Origin: Acholeplasmataceae bacterium
GTDB lineage: Bacteria > Bacillota_I > Bacilli_A > Acholeplasmatales > Acholeplasmataceae
NCBI GenBank assembly: GCA_012515785.1
Contig: JAAYXR010000074.1
Location: 1 to 51,525, forward strand
Direction: 5' to 3'
DNA: 51,525 nucleotides
Shown: positions 26,544 through 35,983 of the stretch, piece by piece
Numbering within the stretch: the first letter of the stretch is position 1
Layout: the number at the start of each line of letters is the position of its first letter
Program-made: the position numbers and the translations under genes
The notes under the pieces: model-generated
The model's input: only the letters and a program-made list of their open reading frames with translations
The model's database searches: none
What the model was told of the DNA's origin: nothing

Positions 26544-29384
26544 ATGAAAAAGAACAAATTTGTGAAAAGCTTGATGATTTTGGTACTTCTAGTCTTCTCA
26601 GTTACATTATTAACTGCGTGCGACGGGTCAAAAGACAAATACCCAACTGGCAGTTTAACTGATGAAGTATACGTAAGTGCTGGCAATCATAAAGTAACTC
26701 AAAAAGAATTATACGAGGAATTCCGTTTTGATGGTCTTTCAGTATTACAAACATTGGTAGACGAAAAAGTTTACGCAAAATACTATGCAATGGTTGATTA
26801 CACTAACGAAGATCACAGAAAAGTTTTAGAAGAGGCAGTCAATAGTGCTGTATTTGGTAATAAGGATGTCGAAAAGTTAGTTGAAAACAATAAACAAGAC
26901 TTAGATAAAAAATCTAGAGTTTTATCTTACGTTGATAGTTTATTAGTTGTTGGTAAAATTTTACCTGACCAAAAAGATGCGTTAGTTACTGAATTATATG
27001 AAACTACTACTTTTGCTGGTTATTCAGACACATTATTAAACTTATACAAACAAAAAATGGCAGTTCGTCTTTTCGCTAAAGAAAAATTAGATGAAGAATT
27101 ATTAGATGAAAAATCTGATCAATTTATTAAAGATGAAGATGTTGTTACATTCTACAAAAACAGCCGTAAGGGACGTTATAATGTTTCTGCATTCTGGACT
27201 GAATTTTTAAACTTAAATGAACAAAAAGCTGCATTTAGAGAATTATCAGTAAAAATCTCTTCAAGTGGTAAATGGTTCTTAGTCCCTGATATTAGAGTTA
27301 CTGATTCAACTAAACCTGGTTATGTTGATGTTGAAAATCCTTCTAATAAACACGTTAAAGATATTTTAACTAACAAAAAGATTAAGTATGTTGATGAAAA
27401 CAATGTTAGAGTTGAAATTTCTAAAGAAGATTTCCAAACATATTATGATGCATACACATTCTCTGAAGACCGTTCAGGTAACCCTGACCAACCATTTACT
27501 AAAGAATTAGTTTTACAATATATCGTTAAAGCACATAACTTAGTTCATGGAAACCAATTAAAAGTTGTTGATGGCGCTGTATTAAATGCAAATGATGATA
27601 CACCAGTTAAAGTTGATTATAAATATGAAGATTTCAAAAACACACAATTAAGAAACCATATCTATACCGCTTTAAAGATTCCAACTGAAGATGATCCAAA
27701 CAATGTACAATACTCACAAAGACCTAATACCTTTGGTGAATATGTTTATTTAGTTTATAAGTTTAGTGATGAATCAGCGACTGAAAAAGGAATCTTAAAC
27801 GAAGAGGAAGATGCTTTCTTAGAAGGAAATGACGATTTAATTGCTGAAATTAAAGCGGAAATGGTTGAAAAGAAATTACATGACACTTATATCAACGAAA
27901 AAGTTGCTGAACACAATAAAGAAAACAAATTAAACATTTATGATCCAGTCTTAAGAGCTTTATATTCTCGTTCAAATGAATATAAAGGAGCAACTAAGAT
28001 GAAAGATAAAAACACTTTAGCTGACATTGGTGATATTGTTGTTACAGTTGATGAATTCTATAAAGAAGCTGAAAAAACATTTGGAGTATCAATTTCTCAA
28101 GATTTAATTACTAACAAAATCTTAAAAGATATGTATTTAGATAAAATTGATGCTGATACTAAAAAAGATAACGAAGAATCAATGAAAAACATTTTAGTTG
28201 CATTTGGTCAAAACCAATATGCACAAAGTGGTTATCCAGCTGACATTGGTAGAGATCAATTCTTATTACTTGCATTCCGTTCTAAAAATGTTGAAGATGC
28301 TATTGAAAAAGCATTTGTTCTACCTAAATTAAACGAATTATTTGAAGCTGATTATGAAGCACACTATGGTGCTGAAATTTATCAAAAATTTGCTGATTTA
28401 TCAGAATTACAATATAACAATTACTGGGTATTAAACTCATCACACGTTTTAATCTACTTAGATTTAGACTTAGATGGTACACCAGATAATCCAAATAAAT
28501 TAGACGCTGATGTTTTAGCTGATGCTCAAACATTATTACCAAAATTAATCAAAGCTATCTTTACTCGTATTGGTAAAGAAGTTTCTGAACAAAAAGGTAT
28601 TGAAAGATTAATTACTGATTATAACGATTCAACAAGATTAAATTCAGATGATCCATATGAAAAAGAAAGTATTTGGGCTGAATACAAACGTTTTGGTTTT
28701 AGATTAAAACAAGAAACATTAGGCGAAATTACTAACTCATCTAACTTCTTAACAAGTCAGTCAAGATTAGACGAAGTCTTCTATACTCGCGCTAAAGCCA
28801 TCTATGAAATCGTTAAAGATTATACTACTTCTCAATTCCCTTACTTAGACTTCTATAATAATGATGTCGCATTTGACCCAGCTAATCCAGATAATACATT
28901 AGGAAATATCGAAAAAATCCAAACTGCATTCGGATGGCACTTAATTATGGGTACTGGCGTTACTAATAAAATGCCTTCGGCTAAATTAGAAGTAAGAGAA
29001 GATGAATCTCATTTATCAAAAATTACTGGTGCTGATGGCGAACCACTAGATGGTTCAAATGAAAATGATGTTGTTAATGCTAAGCAAATTGAAATTTTCT
29101 TAAAAGAATCTGCATCTGAATATAACGTTCAAATTAGAGTTTCAACTGCAATCCAAAAACAATTCGGTCAAGTTAAAGCTAAATATGAAAGCTCAAATAT
29201 GAGAAATGAAATTAACTACCGCTTATTAGTTACTAAAGGATTAACCTTCAAAAATGCTGCTGCAACTAACAAATTTAACGCCATGAGAGAAATCAATAAA
29301 GCTCAATTATTCAACTACCAAATGGGTACTGGTAATGAAGCATTTGATGCCCTATGGGGAACTTGGTTCGAAGTATTTAATTAA
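26544..29384 (+). CDS. Giant PrsA-like lipoprotein (foldase / parvulin-type PPIase family), internally duplicated
   Basis: Lipobox LLTAC. Start at ATG 26544 behind AAGGAG. The PrsA N-domain motif occurs twice (HKVTQKELYEEFRFDGLSVLQTLVDEKV and IVVTVDEFYKEAEKTFGVSISQDLITNKIL). Parvulin-like SSHVLI ... FGWHLIMG is seen in the second half only. Confidence 0.65.
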   Translation: MKKNKFVKSLMILVLLVFSVTLLTACDGSKDKYPTGSLTDEVYVSAGNHKVTQKELYEEFRFDGLSVLQTLVDEKVYAKYYAMVDYTNEDHRKVLEEAVNSAVFGNKDVEKLVENNKQDLDKKSRVLSYVDSLLVVGKILPDQKDALVTELYETTTFAGYSDTLLNLYKQKMAVRLFAKEKLDEELLDEKSDQFIKDEDVVTFYKNSRKGRYNVSAFWTEFLNLNEQKAAFRELSVKISSSGKWFLVPDIRVTDSTKPGYVDVENPSNKHVKDILTNKKIKYVDENNVRVEISKEDFQTYYDAYTFSEDRSGNPDQPFTKELVLQYIVKAHNLVHGNQLKVVDGAVLNANDDTPVKVDYKYEDFKNTQLRNHIYTALKIPTEDDPNNVQYSQRPNTFGEYVYLVYKFSDESATEKGILNEEEDAFLEGNDDLIAEIKAEMVEKKLHDTYINEKVAEHNKENKLNIYDPVLRALYSRSNEYKGATKMKDKNTLADIGDIVVTVDEFYKEAEKTFGVSISQDLITNKILKDMYLDKIDADTKKDNEESMKNILVAFGQNQYAQSGYPADIGRDQFLLLAFRSKNVEDAIEKAFVLPKLNELFEADYEAHYGAEIYQKFADLSELQYNNYWVLNSSHVLIYLDLDLDGTPDNPNKLDADVLADAQTLLPKLIKAIFTRIGKEVSEQKGIERLITDYNDSTRLNSDDPYEKESIWAEYKRFGFRLKQETLGEITNSSNFLTSQSRLDEVFYTRAKAIYEIVKDYTTSQFPYLDFYNNDVAFDPANPDNTLGNIEKIQTAFGWHLIMGTGVTNKMPSAKLEVREDESHLSKITGADGEPLDGSNENDVVNAKQIEIFLKESASEYNVQIRVSTAIQKQFGQVKAKYESSNMRNEINYRLLVTKGLTFKNAAATNKFNAMREINKAQLFNYQMGTGNEAFDALWGTWFEVFN

Positions 29385-29400
29385 TTTCACTTATTAATAT

Positions 29401-29431
29401 AAAAAAGAGACTCTAAGGAGTCTCTTTTATC
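29401..29431. terminator. Bidirectional terminator between the PrsA-like gene and yhaM
   Basis: AAAAGAGACTC (29403..29413) pairs with GAGTCTCTTTT (29418..29428). Confidence 0.8.
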
Positions 29432-29445
29432 TTTATTAAGCCGTT

Positions 29446-30372
29446 TTATTTAGTTAGTTTATGTTTTAAAAATCTACCTTTATCAGCTACTGGTATGGCT
29501 GGAGTAAATGCTCCTTGATTAGTATTGTGTAATACTTCTCCAATGACTTGGAATTTAGAGTCAATTGAATCAATATACCAAAGTAATAATGCTTCCGCTA
29601 TTTGCGGACGTTTTGGTGACCCAAAGGTCATTTGTCCATGATGAGATACAATCATATGTTTTAAAAGTAAAACTTCTTCTTCATCACTGTAGCCAAACTT
29701 AGCGGCAATTTCATCAATTTTACTAACACCCATAACAATATGTCCTAACAATAAACCTTCGTTAGTATACTCACCATCAACACCAGTTATTTCTAAAGTC
29801 TTGCAAATATCATGTAAAATAATTCCGGTATACAATAAATCACTAGACATATAAGAATATATCTTTAACATATCTTCAGCCATCTTTAACATATTAAGTG
29901 TATGGAACGCAAGTCCGCCGATATAAGTGTGATGAAATTTAGTGGCTGCTGGGTGAATATAAAATTTGTTTTTATATTCATCGTAAATTGATTTAGTAAT
30001 ATCAAATAAAACTTTGTTGCTAACTTGTTTTAAATAATTCTCAATTCCATTTTTTAAATTATTTAAGGTAATTGGTGCATAATCATAAAATATTCGATAT
30101 AATTTGGTAATTTCATCAACTTCTAATACTTCTTCAACTTCTTTAATCTCGCAAGCCACTAAAATAAATTCATCTTCTCTTCTTTCGTTTGGTTCTTTAG
30201 TTACTATAAATTGATAAATTTGGCCCATTGTAACTTTATCAATGCCTTCTCTTAATTTGATATTAAGAGTTTTTCTATCTTGATCAAAGATTGTTGTATT
30301 ATAAAAAGTTGCTCCTTGATTAACCGCATCTACTTTTCCAATTATTTTTAAAGTTTCGTTATCTTTTTTCAT
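29446..30372 (-). CDS. yhaM: 3'-5' exoribonuclease YhaM (OB fold + HD domain)
   Basis: HD motifs HHTYIGGLAFHT, ILHDICK and VSHHG; N-terminal OB fold. The start at 30372 (or 30378) overlaps the cca stop. Confidence 0.8.
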   Translation of the reverse strand: MKKDNETLKIIGKVDAVNQGATFYNTTIFDQDRKTLNIKLREGIDKVTMGQIYQFIVTKEPNERREDEFILVACEIKEVEEVLEVDEITKLYRIFYDYAPITLNNLKNGIENYLKQVSNKVLFDITKSIYDEYKNKFYIHPAATKFHHTYIGGLAFHTLNMLKMAEDMLKIYSYMSSDLLYTGIILHDICKTLEITGVDGEYTNEGLLLGHIVMGVSKIDEIAAKFGYSDEEEVLLLKHMIVSHHGQMTFGSPKRPQIAEALLLWYIDSIDSKFQVIGEVLHNTNQGAFTPAIPVADKGRFLKHKLTK

Positions 30373-31510
30373 ATTCATCTTTCCTTTTTAGTATATATTT
30401 TTTAATATCCTCTTCTTTATTCGCTAGTTTATGATTTAATATTTTACTAATAATATCATTTTTAAGTTCACTTAACCATGATCCTGGCAGTAAACCAACT
30501 ATTGATATTATTTTTTGATTAGATATTTGAAGCTCTTTTTCTGATTTGATTGGTAAATTTTCATACATCTTAATCAATTCTTCTTCCGTTACATTAAATA
30601 CTTTTAAATATTTATTTAATCTAGCGGCAGTTATTACATCATCTAGCTCATATTGATATAATAAATTATTATTTAATTTACCTTTATGGTTTAATAAACT
30701 AATTACTTGGTTATATTTAGCTTTTTCTTTATTAGAAAGTTTCCAAAACTTATCAACTTTTGAGTTTTTATAAAAACACATAGCAAAGAAATCTTCACCA
30801 CTTAACATAATTTGTTGATCAGCCACATACTTAATTCCTTGACTTAATCCTGGAAGATATAAATAGATACCCGTATCAACCATTAGTTCTAACGCTTTTA
30901 AACTATTTTCATATTTAATAATTTTTACTAATTCACGATAAATTCTTTCGGCCGATACATTTTTAATTAGTTCTCGGTTTTTAATAATTGATTTTAAGGT
31001 GTTTTCTTCAATTTTAAAATCAAGTTTTGATACTAGATAAAACGCCCTTAACATTCTTAAAGCGTCTTCGCGAAATCGATCATCAGGATTACCAATTGAT
31101 TTAATTATTCTTTTCGCTAAATCATCTTTCCCGCCAACTAAATCAATAATATGAAACTTACTATCTAAATACATCCCATTAATCGTAAAGTCTCTTCTTT
31201 CGACATCTTCTTCAATTGACTCAGAAAATATTACTCCGTCTGGATGTCTATTATCATAATATTCTAAGTCTTTTCTAAAAGTTGTAACTTCAAATTCTTC
31301 ATCATTAAAAAATACTAAGACGGTTCCAAATTTAACTCCAATTGGAACTGATTTAAAGTGTTTCATTACTTCATCTGGAGTAGCACTAGTTGAAATATCA
31401 ATATCAAAAGATTCGCTTCCTAAAAGAAAGTCGCGAACTGATCCACCAACTATATAAGCTAAATATCCTAATTTTTCAAATTCTTTGAGTAAAAGTAATG
31501 CGTTTATCAT
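30359..31510 (-). CDS. cca: CCA-adding enzyme (tRNA nucleotidyltransferase)
   Basis: GGSVRDFLLG...DIDI polymerase-beta motif and RRDFTINGM. ATG 31510 (MINALLLL) is preferred over the TTG at 31522. Confidence 0.9.
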   Translation of the reverse strand: MINALLLLKEFEKLGYLAYIVGGSVRDFLLGSESFDIDISTSATPDEVMKHFKSVPIGVKFGTVLVFFNDEEFEVTTFRKDLEYYDNRHPDGVIFSESIEEDVERRDFTINGMYLDSKFHIIDLVGGKDDLAKRIIKSIGNPDDRFREDALRMLRAFYLVSKLDFKIEENTLKSIIKNRELIKNVSAERIYRELVKIIKYENSLKALELMVDTGIYLYLPGLSQGIKYVADQQIMLSGEDFFAMCFYKNSKVDKFWKLSNKEKAKYNQVISLLNHKGKLNNNLLYQYELDDVITAARLNKYLKVFNVTEEELIKMYENLPIKSEKELQISNQKIISIVGLLPGSWLSELKNDIISKILNHKLANKEEDIKKYILKRKDEYEKR

Positions 31511-31526
31511 TTCTAACACCAACTTT

Positions 31527-31556
31527 ATTATAACATAATTAAAAATATGTTATAAT
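31527..31556. promoter_or_regulatory. Perfect 11-8-11 inverted repeat forming two back-to-back extended -10 promoters (cca / yigZ)
   Basis: ATTATAACATA (31527..31537), ATTAAAAA, TATGTTATAAT (31546..31556). Each arm reads TGTTATAAT (TGnTATAAT) toward its own gene. Confidence 0.45.
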
Positions 31557-31566
31557 CTTAATTGAT

Positions 31567-32163
31567 ATGAAATACTTAAAAGAACGTGTTGTCACTGAGA
31601 TAATTATTAAAAAATCAAGATTTATTAATGTGTTAATTCCAATTTCAGAAGAATCTGAAATTCTTTTGAATTTAACCGATTTAAAAAAGGAATATCCAAA
31701 GGCCACCCATTATTGTTATGCTTACATTTTAGGTCCAAATGGGCAGTTTGGTGGATCTAATGATGATGGCGAACCGGCGGGCACTGCTGGGGTTCCCATT
31801 TTAGAAGTTTTAAGACATAATGAGGTCACAAACATTCTAGCCGTTGTAATTAGATATTTTGGTGGAATTAAACTAGGCGCTGGTGGCTTAATAAGGGCAT
31901 ATTCAGGTGGAGCTGCTGATGCGATAAAAGTAGGTTCTTTCTACCAAAATATTAAAGCTCAAAAGTATATTATTCATTTCAATTATGATCAAATTAATGA
32001 TGTTGAATATTTGTTAAGAGACTTCATTATTATTGACCGAGTTTATGAATCAAGTGTCAATTTTACCATAGCGGTAAAAGAAGAAAATGATTTTGAGTCG
32101 ATTAAACATCACTTCTTTAAAATAAAAAAGCTAGAAGAAATTCTTCTAGCTATTGATGTATAG
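31567..32163 (+). CDS. yigZ: YigZ / IMPACT-family protein (UPF0029)
   Basis: KSRFI, HYCYAY and DDGEPAGTAGVPIL motifs. Confidence 0.85.
   Translation: MKYLKERVVTEIIIKKSRFINVLIPISEESEILLNLTDLKKEYPKATHYCYAYILGPNGQFGGSNDDGEPAGTAGVPILEVLRHNEVTNILAVVIRYFGGIKLGAGGLIRAYSGGAADAIKVGSFYQNIKAQKYIIHFNYDQINDVEYLLRDFIIIDRVYESSVNFTIAVKEENDFESIKHHFFKIKKLEEILLAIDV
32119..32150 (-). terminator. Intrinsic terminator of the prfA-to-upp operon, embedded antisense in the 3' end of yigZ
   Basis: GCTAGAAGA (32130..32138) pairs with TCTTCTAGC (32142..32150). On the minus strand the stem is followed by UUUUUUAUUUU. Confidence 0.65.
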
Positions 32164-32166
32164 TTG

Positions 32167-32376
32167 TTAATGAATGGTTGAGAATAAGTCAACGATAAAA
32201 TACATAATCCGTCCAATCAAATGGCCGCCGATTAAGCTTACTAAAACATAAGCTAATCTAATTTCAAAAACTTTTCCTTGATGAAATAGTTTTTCAAAAT
32301 TAGTTGCTCTTAAAATAATGAATGTTAAAAAGATGCCGATTAAAAATCCGCCTAAATAGGATGCTAATTGTGGCAT
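32167..32376 (-). CDS. Small 2-TM membrane protein, unknown function
   Basis: 69 aa from MPQLASYLGG (ATG 32376, just after the upp stop). Two hydrophobic helices, no clear SD. The track start at 32415 overlaps upp. Confidence 0.4.
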   Translation of the reverse strand: MPQLASYLGGFLIGIFLTFIILRATNFEKLFHQGKVFEIRLAYVLVSLIGGHLIGRIMYFIVDLFSTIH

Positions 32377-32380
32377 TTTT

Positions 32381-33007
32381 TTATTTAGTTCCGAATAAGC
32401 GGTCGCCGCAGTCACCTAAACCTGGATAAATATATCCAATATCATTTAAGTGAGAATCTAATGCTGCAAGATAAATTGGTACATCTGGATGATCTTTTTG
32501 AAGTCTTGATACTCCTTCTGGACAGCCAACGATGCCAACATATTTAATCTTTTTAACACCGCGCTCTTTCAAAATATCAACTGTTTTACTAACGGTACCA
32601 CCAGTCGCTAACATTGGGTCTAAGATAATAACTAAACTATCTTTAATCCCAACTGGAAACTTAGCATAATAAATATGCGGTTCTAATGTTTCTTCATCAC
32701 GATATAGTCCCACATGTCCAATTTTAGCGGTTGGAATTAAATTATGAATTCCATCAACCATTCCGAGTCCCGCTCTTAAAATAGGAACTAAAACAACTGG
32801 CTTTGATAAAACTTTGCAATCTGCTAAACCAAGTGGTGTTTCAACAGTTGTCGCTTCTGTTTCTAAATCTCTTGTCACTTCATAAGTTAAAAGAGCTCCG
32901 ATTTCAGAAACACTTTCTCTAAATTCTTTTGGATGAGTGTTTTTGTCTCTAATTTTTGCCATCTTATGATCAATTAATGGATGGCTCATCACTACTAATT
33001 TTTTCAT
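32381..33007 (-). CDS. upp: Uracil phosphoribosyltransferase
   Basis: 208 aa. PRPP loop VIILDPMLATGGT and C-terminus YIYPGLGDCGDRLFGT. Confidence 0.95.
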   Translation of the reverse strand: MKKLVVMSHPLIDHKMAKIRDKNTHPKEFRESVSEIGALLTYEVTRDLETEATTVETPLGLADCKVLSKPVVLVPILRAGLGMVDGIHNLIPTAKIGHVGLYRDEETLEPHIYYAKFPVGIKDSLVIILDPMLATGGTVSKTVDILKERGVKKIKYVGIVGCPEGVSRLQKDHPDVPIYLAALDSHLNDIGYIYPGLGDCGDRLFGTK

Positions 33008-33444
33008 TACTTTTCCCCCAACTTTCCTAATAAATCTAATCTATGTTGATGTCTTTCTTCAAATTTCGAATTCATAAAAGCTTCAATTAATTCTTCAGCT
33101 TTTTTATTTGTTAGTGTTCTTCCTCCTAACACAATAATGTTGGCATTATTGTGTTCTTTAGCTAGCATTGCGGTATTTAAATCATAAATCAAGGCTGCTC
33201 TAATTCCTTGAAATTTATTAACTGCCATACTAATACCAATTCCCGTGCCACAAATCGCAATTCCAAAGTCATATTCCCCTTTTAATACTTCTCTAGCCAG
33301 CAATTCACCATAAACTGGGTAATCTACCGATTCATTTGAATTAGTTCCTAAATTAACTACTTCAATCCCCCTAGCTTCAAAATAACTTAATAAGTGACGT
33401 TTTAACTCATAACCGCCATGATCGTTTGCAATAACAACCCTCAT
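33007..33444 (-). CDS. rpiB: Ribose-5-phosphate isomerase B
   Basis: 145 aa. CGTGIGISMAVNK motif and the RpiB/LacAB fold. Confidence 0.9.
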   Translation of the reverse strand: MRVVIANDHGGYELKRHLLSYFEARGIEVVNLGTNSNESVDYPVYGELLAREVLKGEYDFGIAICGTGIGISMAVNKFQGIRAALIYDLNTAMLAKEHNNANIIVLGGRTLTNKKAEELIEAFMNSKFEERHQHRLDLLGKLGEK

Positions 33445-33476
33445 AATTACACCTCTATTTTACATTTTTTTATATA

Positions 33477-33504
33477 TAAAAATAATCTACAAGCGTAGAT
33501 TATT
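33477..33504 (-). terminator. Candidate internal terminator/attenuator between tsaC and rpiB
   Basis: AATAATCTAC (33481..33490) pairs with GTAGATTATT (33495..33504), which includes the tsaC stop codon. A U-rich tail follows on the minus strand. Confidence 0.5.
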
Positions 33505-34057
33505 TGTTATAAACAGCTAAAATATCCTCAAATGGAATTGCGCCTTCTCTAACTAATTTAATTGACCCATTAGAAATATCAACGATAGTTGATGCTATAC
33601 CAATGTAATGGCCTACATGTTCTCCGTAAATGTGGTCAACTACATTACCATATTGCTTTCTAATGTCTTCAATTTTATTAAGTGGTTCTTCGCCGCTTAT
33701 ATTAACTGAAGTGGTTCTAAGTGGTCCAAAATTGTTAATTAACTCAATTGTGACATAATGATCAGGAATCCGAATCGCAATCGTTTTATCCCCAGTTTTA
33801 TTGTAAAAATCTGGTGTTGATTGCAAAATTAAAGTTAGTGGCCCTGGCCAAAAATTTTGCATGATTCTTAACGCTTTTGAATCATATTTAGCAATAACGT
33901 TAATTTGAACAATACTCGATACTAAAACAGGAATGTCTTTATCGTGACTTCTTTTTTTAATTTCATAAATTCTTTCTAATGCGACCTTATCATAGAGTTG
34001 GCATCCCATACCATAAATGGTATCTGTTGGGAAAATAATTACTTGTCCCTTTTCCAT
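33500..34057 (-). CDS. tsaC: Threonylcarbamoyl-AMP synthase (short YrdC/TsaC type)
   Basis: IFPTDTIYGMGC motif; 185 aa with no Sua5 C-domain. Confidence 0.85.
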   Translation of the reverse strand: MEKGQVIIFPTDTIYGMGCQLYDKVALERIYEIKKRSHDKDIPVLVSSIVQINVIAKYDSKALRIMQNFWPGPLTLILQSTPDFYNKTGDKTIAIRIPDHYVTIELINNFGPLRTTSVNISGEEPLNKIEDIRKQYGNVVDHIYGEHVGHYIGIASTIVDISNGSIKLVREGAIPFEDILAVYNK

Positions 34058-34881
34058 ACTGATCCCCTTTTTCTAATAACCGAATAACGATATTTACCTT
34101 GTAGGTCTTTTAAGGTAAAGGCTCGATACTCTGGTATAAAGTGACTAACAAACATTTGAATATATAATCCGTGTTTATGTCCGTGTTCTAAAATAATCAT
34201 TCCACCATCATTTAAATGTTTAACTGCCCCCAAGATAATTAAACTTAAATGCATTGTTCCAAAATAATCACTATAAAGTGCAATTTCTGGTTCAAATAAC
34301 ACGCTATCTTCAACTTCGTCAGTTTCTGATACGTATGGTGGATTTGAAATAATTAAATCATATTTTCCTTTGACGTTTTCATATAAATCCGATTGTATAA
34401 AGTTAACATCTGCTTCGTTTATTTTACTATTAGTCTCTGCTACCGCTAATGCATCTTCATCAATATCAGTTGCGTCAACTTGATAGTTTTTCTCTAAGTT
34501 TAAGGTAATTCCAATACACCCACTACCAGTACCTATTTCTAAAACTTTTAAGTCGTTTGGTAATTTTTTAATAACTTTATCAACCAAATATTCAGTTTCA
34601 GGCCGAGGAATTAAAACGCGCTCATCGACATTAAATCTTCTGCCATAAAAATTAGTTGATCCAACTAAATATTGTATTGGTACATTTTCCAAAACGTAGA
34701 AATCTAAAAGTTCTAAATACTCTTCGGCTTTTTCATTGGTAATTTCTTTATCGAAATTAATAAACATGTCACTATATGACATTTCAAGTAAACCCGAAAG
34801 TAGTAACTTTGCTGCTGTTCGTTCTTTGTTGAATTCTTCAATTTTTTCGTACCCCAATTGGAGTAAATCTCTAATTATCAT
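34039..34881 (-). CDS. prmC: Release-factor glutamine N5-methyltransferase
   Basis: SAM motif LEIGTGSG and catalytic NPPY. 4-nt overlap with prfA. Confidence 0.9.
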   Translation of the reverse strand: MIIRDLLQLGYEKIEEFNKERTAAKLLLSGLLEMSYSDMFINFDKEITNEKAEEYLELLDFYVLENVPIQYLVGSTNFYGRRFNVDERVLIPRPETEYLVDKVIKKLPNDLKVLEIGTGSGCIGITLNLEKNYQVDATDIDEDALAVAETNSKINEADVNFIQSDLYENVKGKYDLIISNPPYVSETDEVEDSVLFEPEIALYSDYFGTMHLSLIILGAVKHLNDGGMIILEHGHKHGLYIQMFVSHFIPEYRAFTLKDLQGKYRYSVIRKRGSVWKRDK

Positions 34882-35939
34882 TCTGCTCCTAATAGTAATT
34901 GTTTTTGATATTCATTAATTAATGGTTCTAATATCAATTCCAATCTACCTTCCATAATGGCATCTAACCTTTGAACAGTTAGCTGAATTCGATGATCACT
35001 AACTCGATTTTGTGGATAGTTATAAGTTCTAATCTTTTCACTGCGGTCTCCAGTACCGATTAGACTTTTTCTCATTTTTTCATCTTTAGCTGCTTGTTCC
35101 TCTAAAATTTGTTGATATAGGCGCGCTTTTAAAATAATAAAAGCTTTATCTTTATTTTCATGTTGACTCTTACCATCTTGACAAGTTACAACTGTATTAG
35201 TTGGTAAATGAGTTAATCTAACTGCTGATTTAGTAGTGTTAACTGATTGACCACCAGGTCCACTTGAGTTATAAGTGTCAACTTTAATATCATTCCAATC
35301 AACATCAAGTTCAACATCTTCCGCTTCTGGCATCACTAAAACGGTCGCCGTTGAAGTATGAATTCTTCCTTGCGATTCAGTTTCAGGAACTCTTTGAACT
35401 CGGTGAACTCCAGCTTCATGTTTTAAAAATGAATAAACTTTAGTACCTGAAATCATAAATTCAATTGAAGTAAACCCGCCCATAGTTCCTTCATAAGCGT
35501 TTAAAACTTCAACTTTCCATCCCATTTGATCAGCATAACGATGATACATTCTAAAAAGGTCGCCCGCAAAGATATTTCCTTCATCTCCACCTGCAGCACC
35601 TTTAATTTCCATAATAATATTTTTCTCATCGTTTGGGTCTTTTGGAAGTAATAAAATTCTAAGTTTTTCTCTTAAGTTATTTAGCTCTTCTTCATGCTCA
35701 ACGATTTCAACTTCAGCCATTTCAATTAAATCAGCATCTTTTTCAATTTGTAAAAGCGCAATTAAATCATCCAACTCTTTTTGAACACGTTTAAAAAGAC
35801 GGTAGGTTTCTACCGTTTCTTGTATTTGCGAAATCTCCTTTAAAGTTTTAGTCATTTCGGCAACATCGGACATGTCGTCAATTAATTTTTGTTGGAGTTT
35901 TTCATATGTAGATTCAATTATGTTTAATCTGTCTAACAC
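34878..35939 (-). CDS. prfA: Peptide chain release factor 1
   Basis: GGQ motif (SGPGGQSVNTT) and the RF1 tripeptide region RVPETESQGRIHTS. GTG start giving MLDRL. Confidence 0.95.
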   Translation of the reverse strand: MLDRLNIIESTYEKLQQKLIDDMSDVAEMTKTLKEISQIQETVETYRLFKRVQKELDDLIALLQIEKDADLIEMAEVEIVEHEEELNNLREKLRILLLPKDPNDEKNIIMEIKGAAGGDEGNIFAGDLFRMYHRYADQMGWKVEVLNAYEGTMGGFTSIEFMISGTKVYSFLKHEAGVHRVQRVPETESQGRIHTSTATVLVMPEAEDVELDVDWNDIKVDTYNSSGPGGQSVNTTKSAVRLTHLPTNTVVTCQDGKSQHENKDKAFIILKARLYQQILEEQAAKDEKMRKSLIGTGDRSEKIRTYNYPQNRVSDHRIQLTVQRLDAIMEGRLELILEPLINEYQKQLLLGAE

Positions 35940-35954
35940 TTTCTCACCGGTATA

Positions 35955-35983
35955 ATTTTATCATATCTTATAATCATTTACAA
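35955..35983 (-). promoter_or_regulatory. Candidate sigma-A promoter of the prfA operon
   Basis: Minus strand TTGTAA (35983..35978), 17 nt, TAAAAT (35960..35955). GGTGAG precedes GTG 35939. Pattern only. Confidence 0.35.

Noticed and set aside
34878-35939. RF1 tripeptide reads P-E-T rather than the E. coli P-A-T.
   Set aside because: The middle residue of the PxT anticodon motif is variable among bacterial RF1s, and to my recollection Bacillus-type RF1s also use PET. This is not evidence of altered stop-codon recognition.
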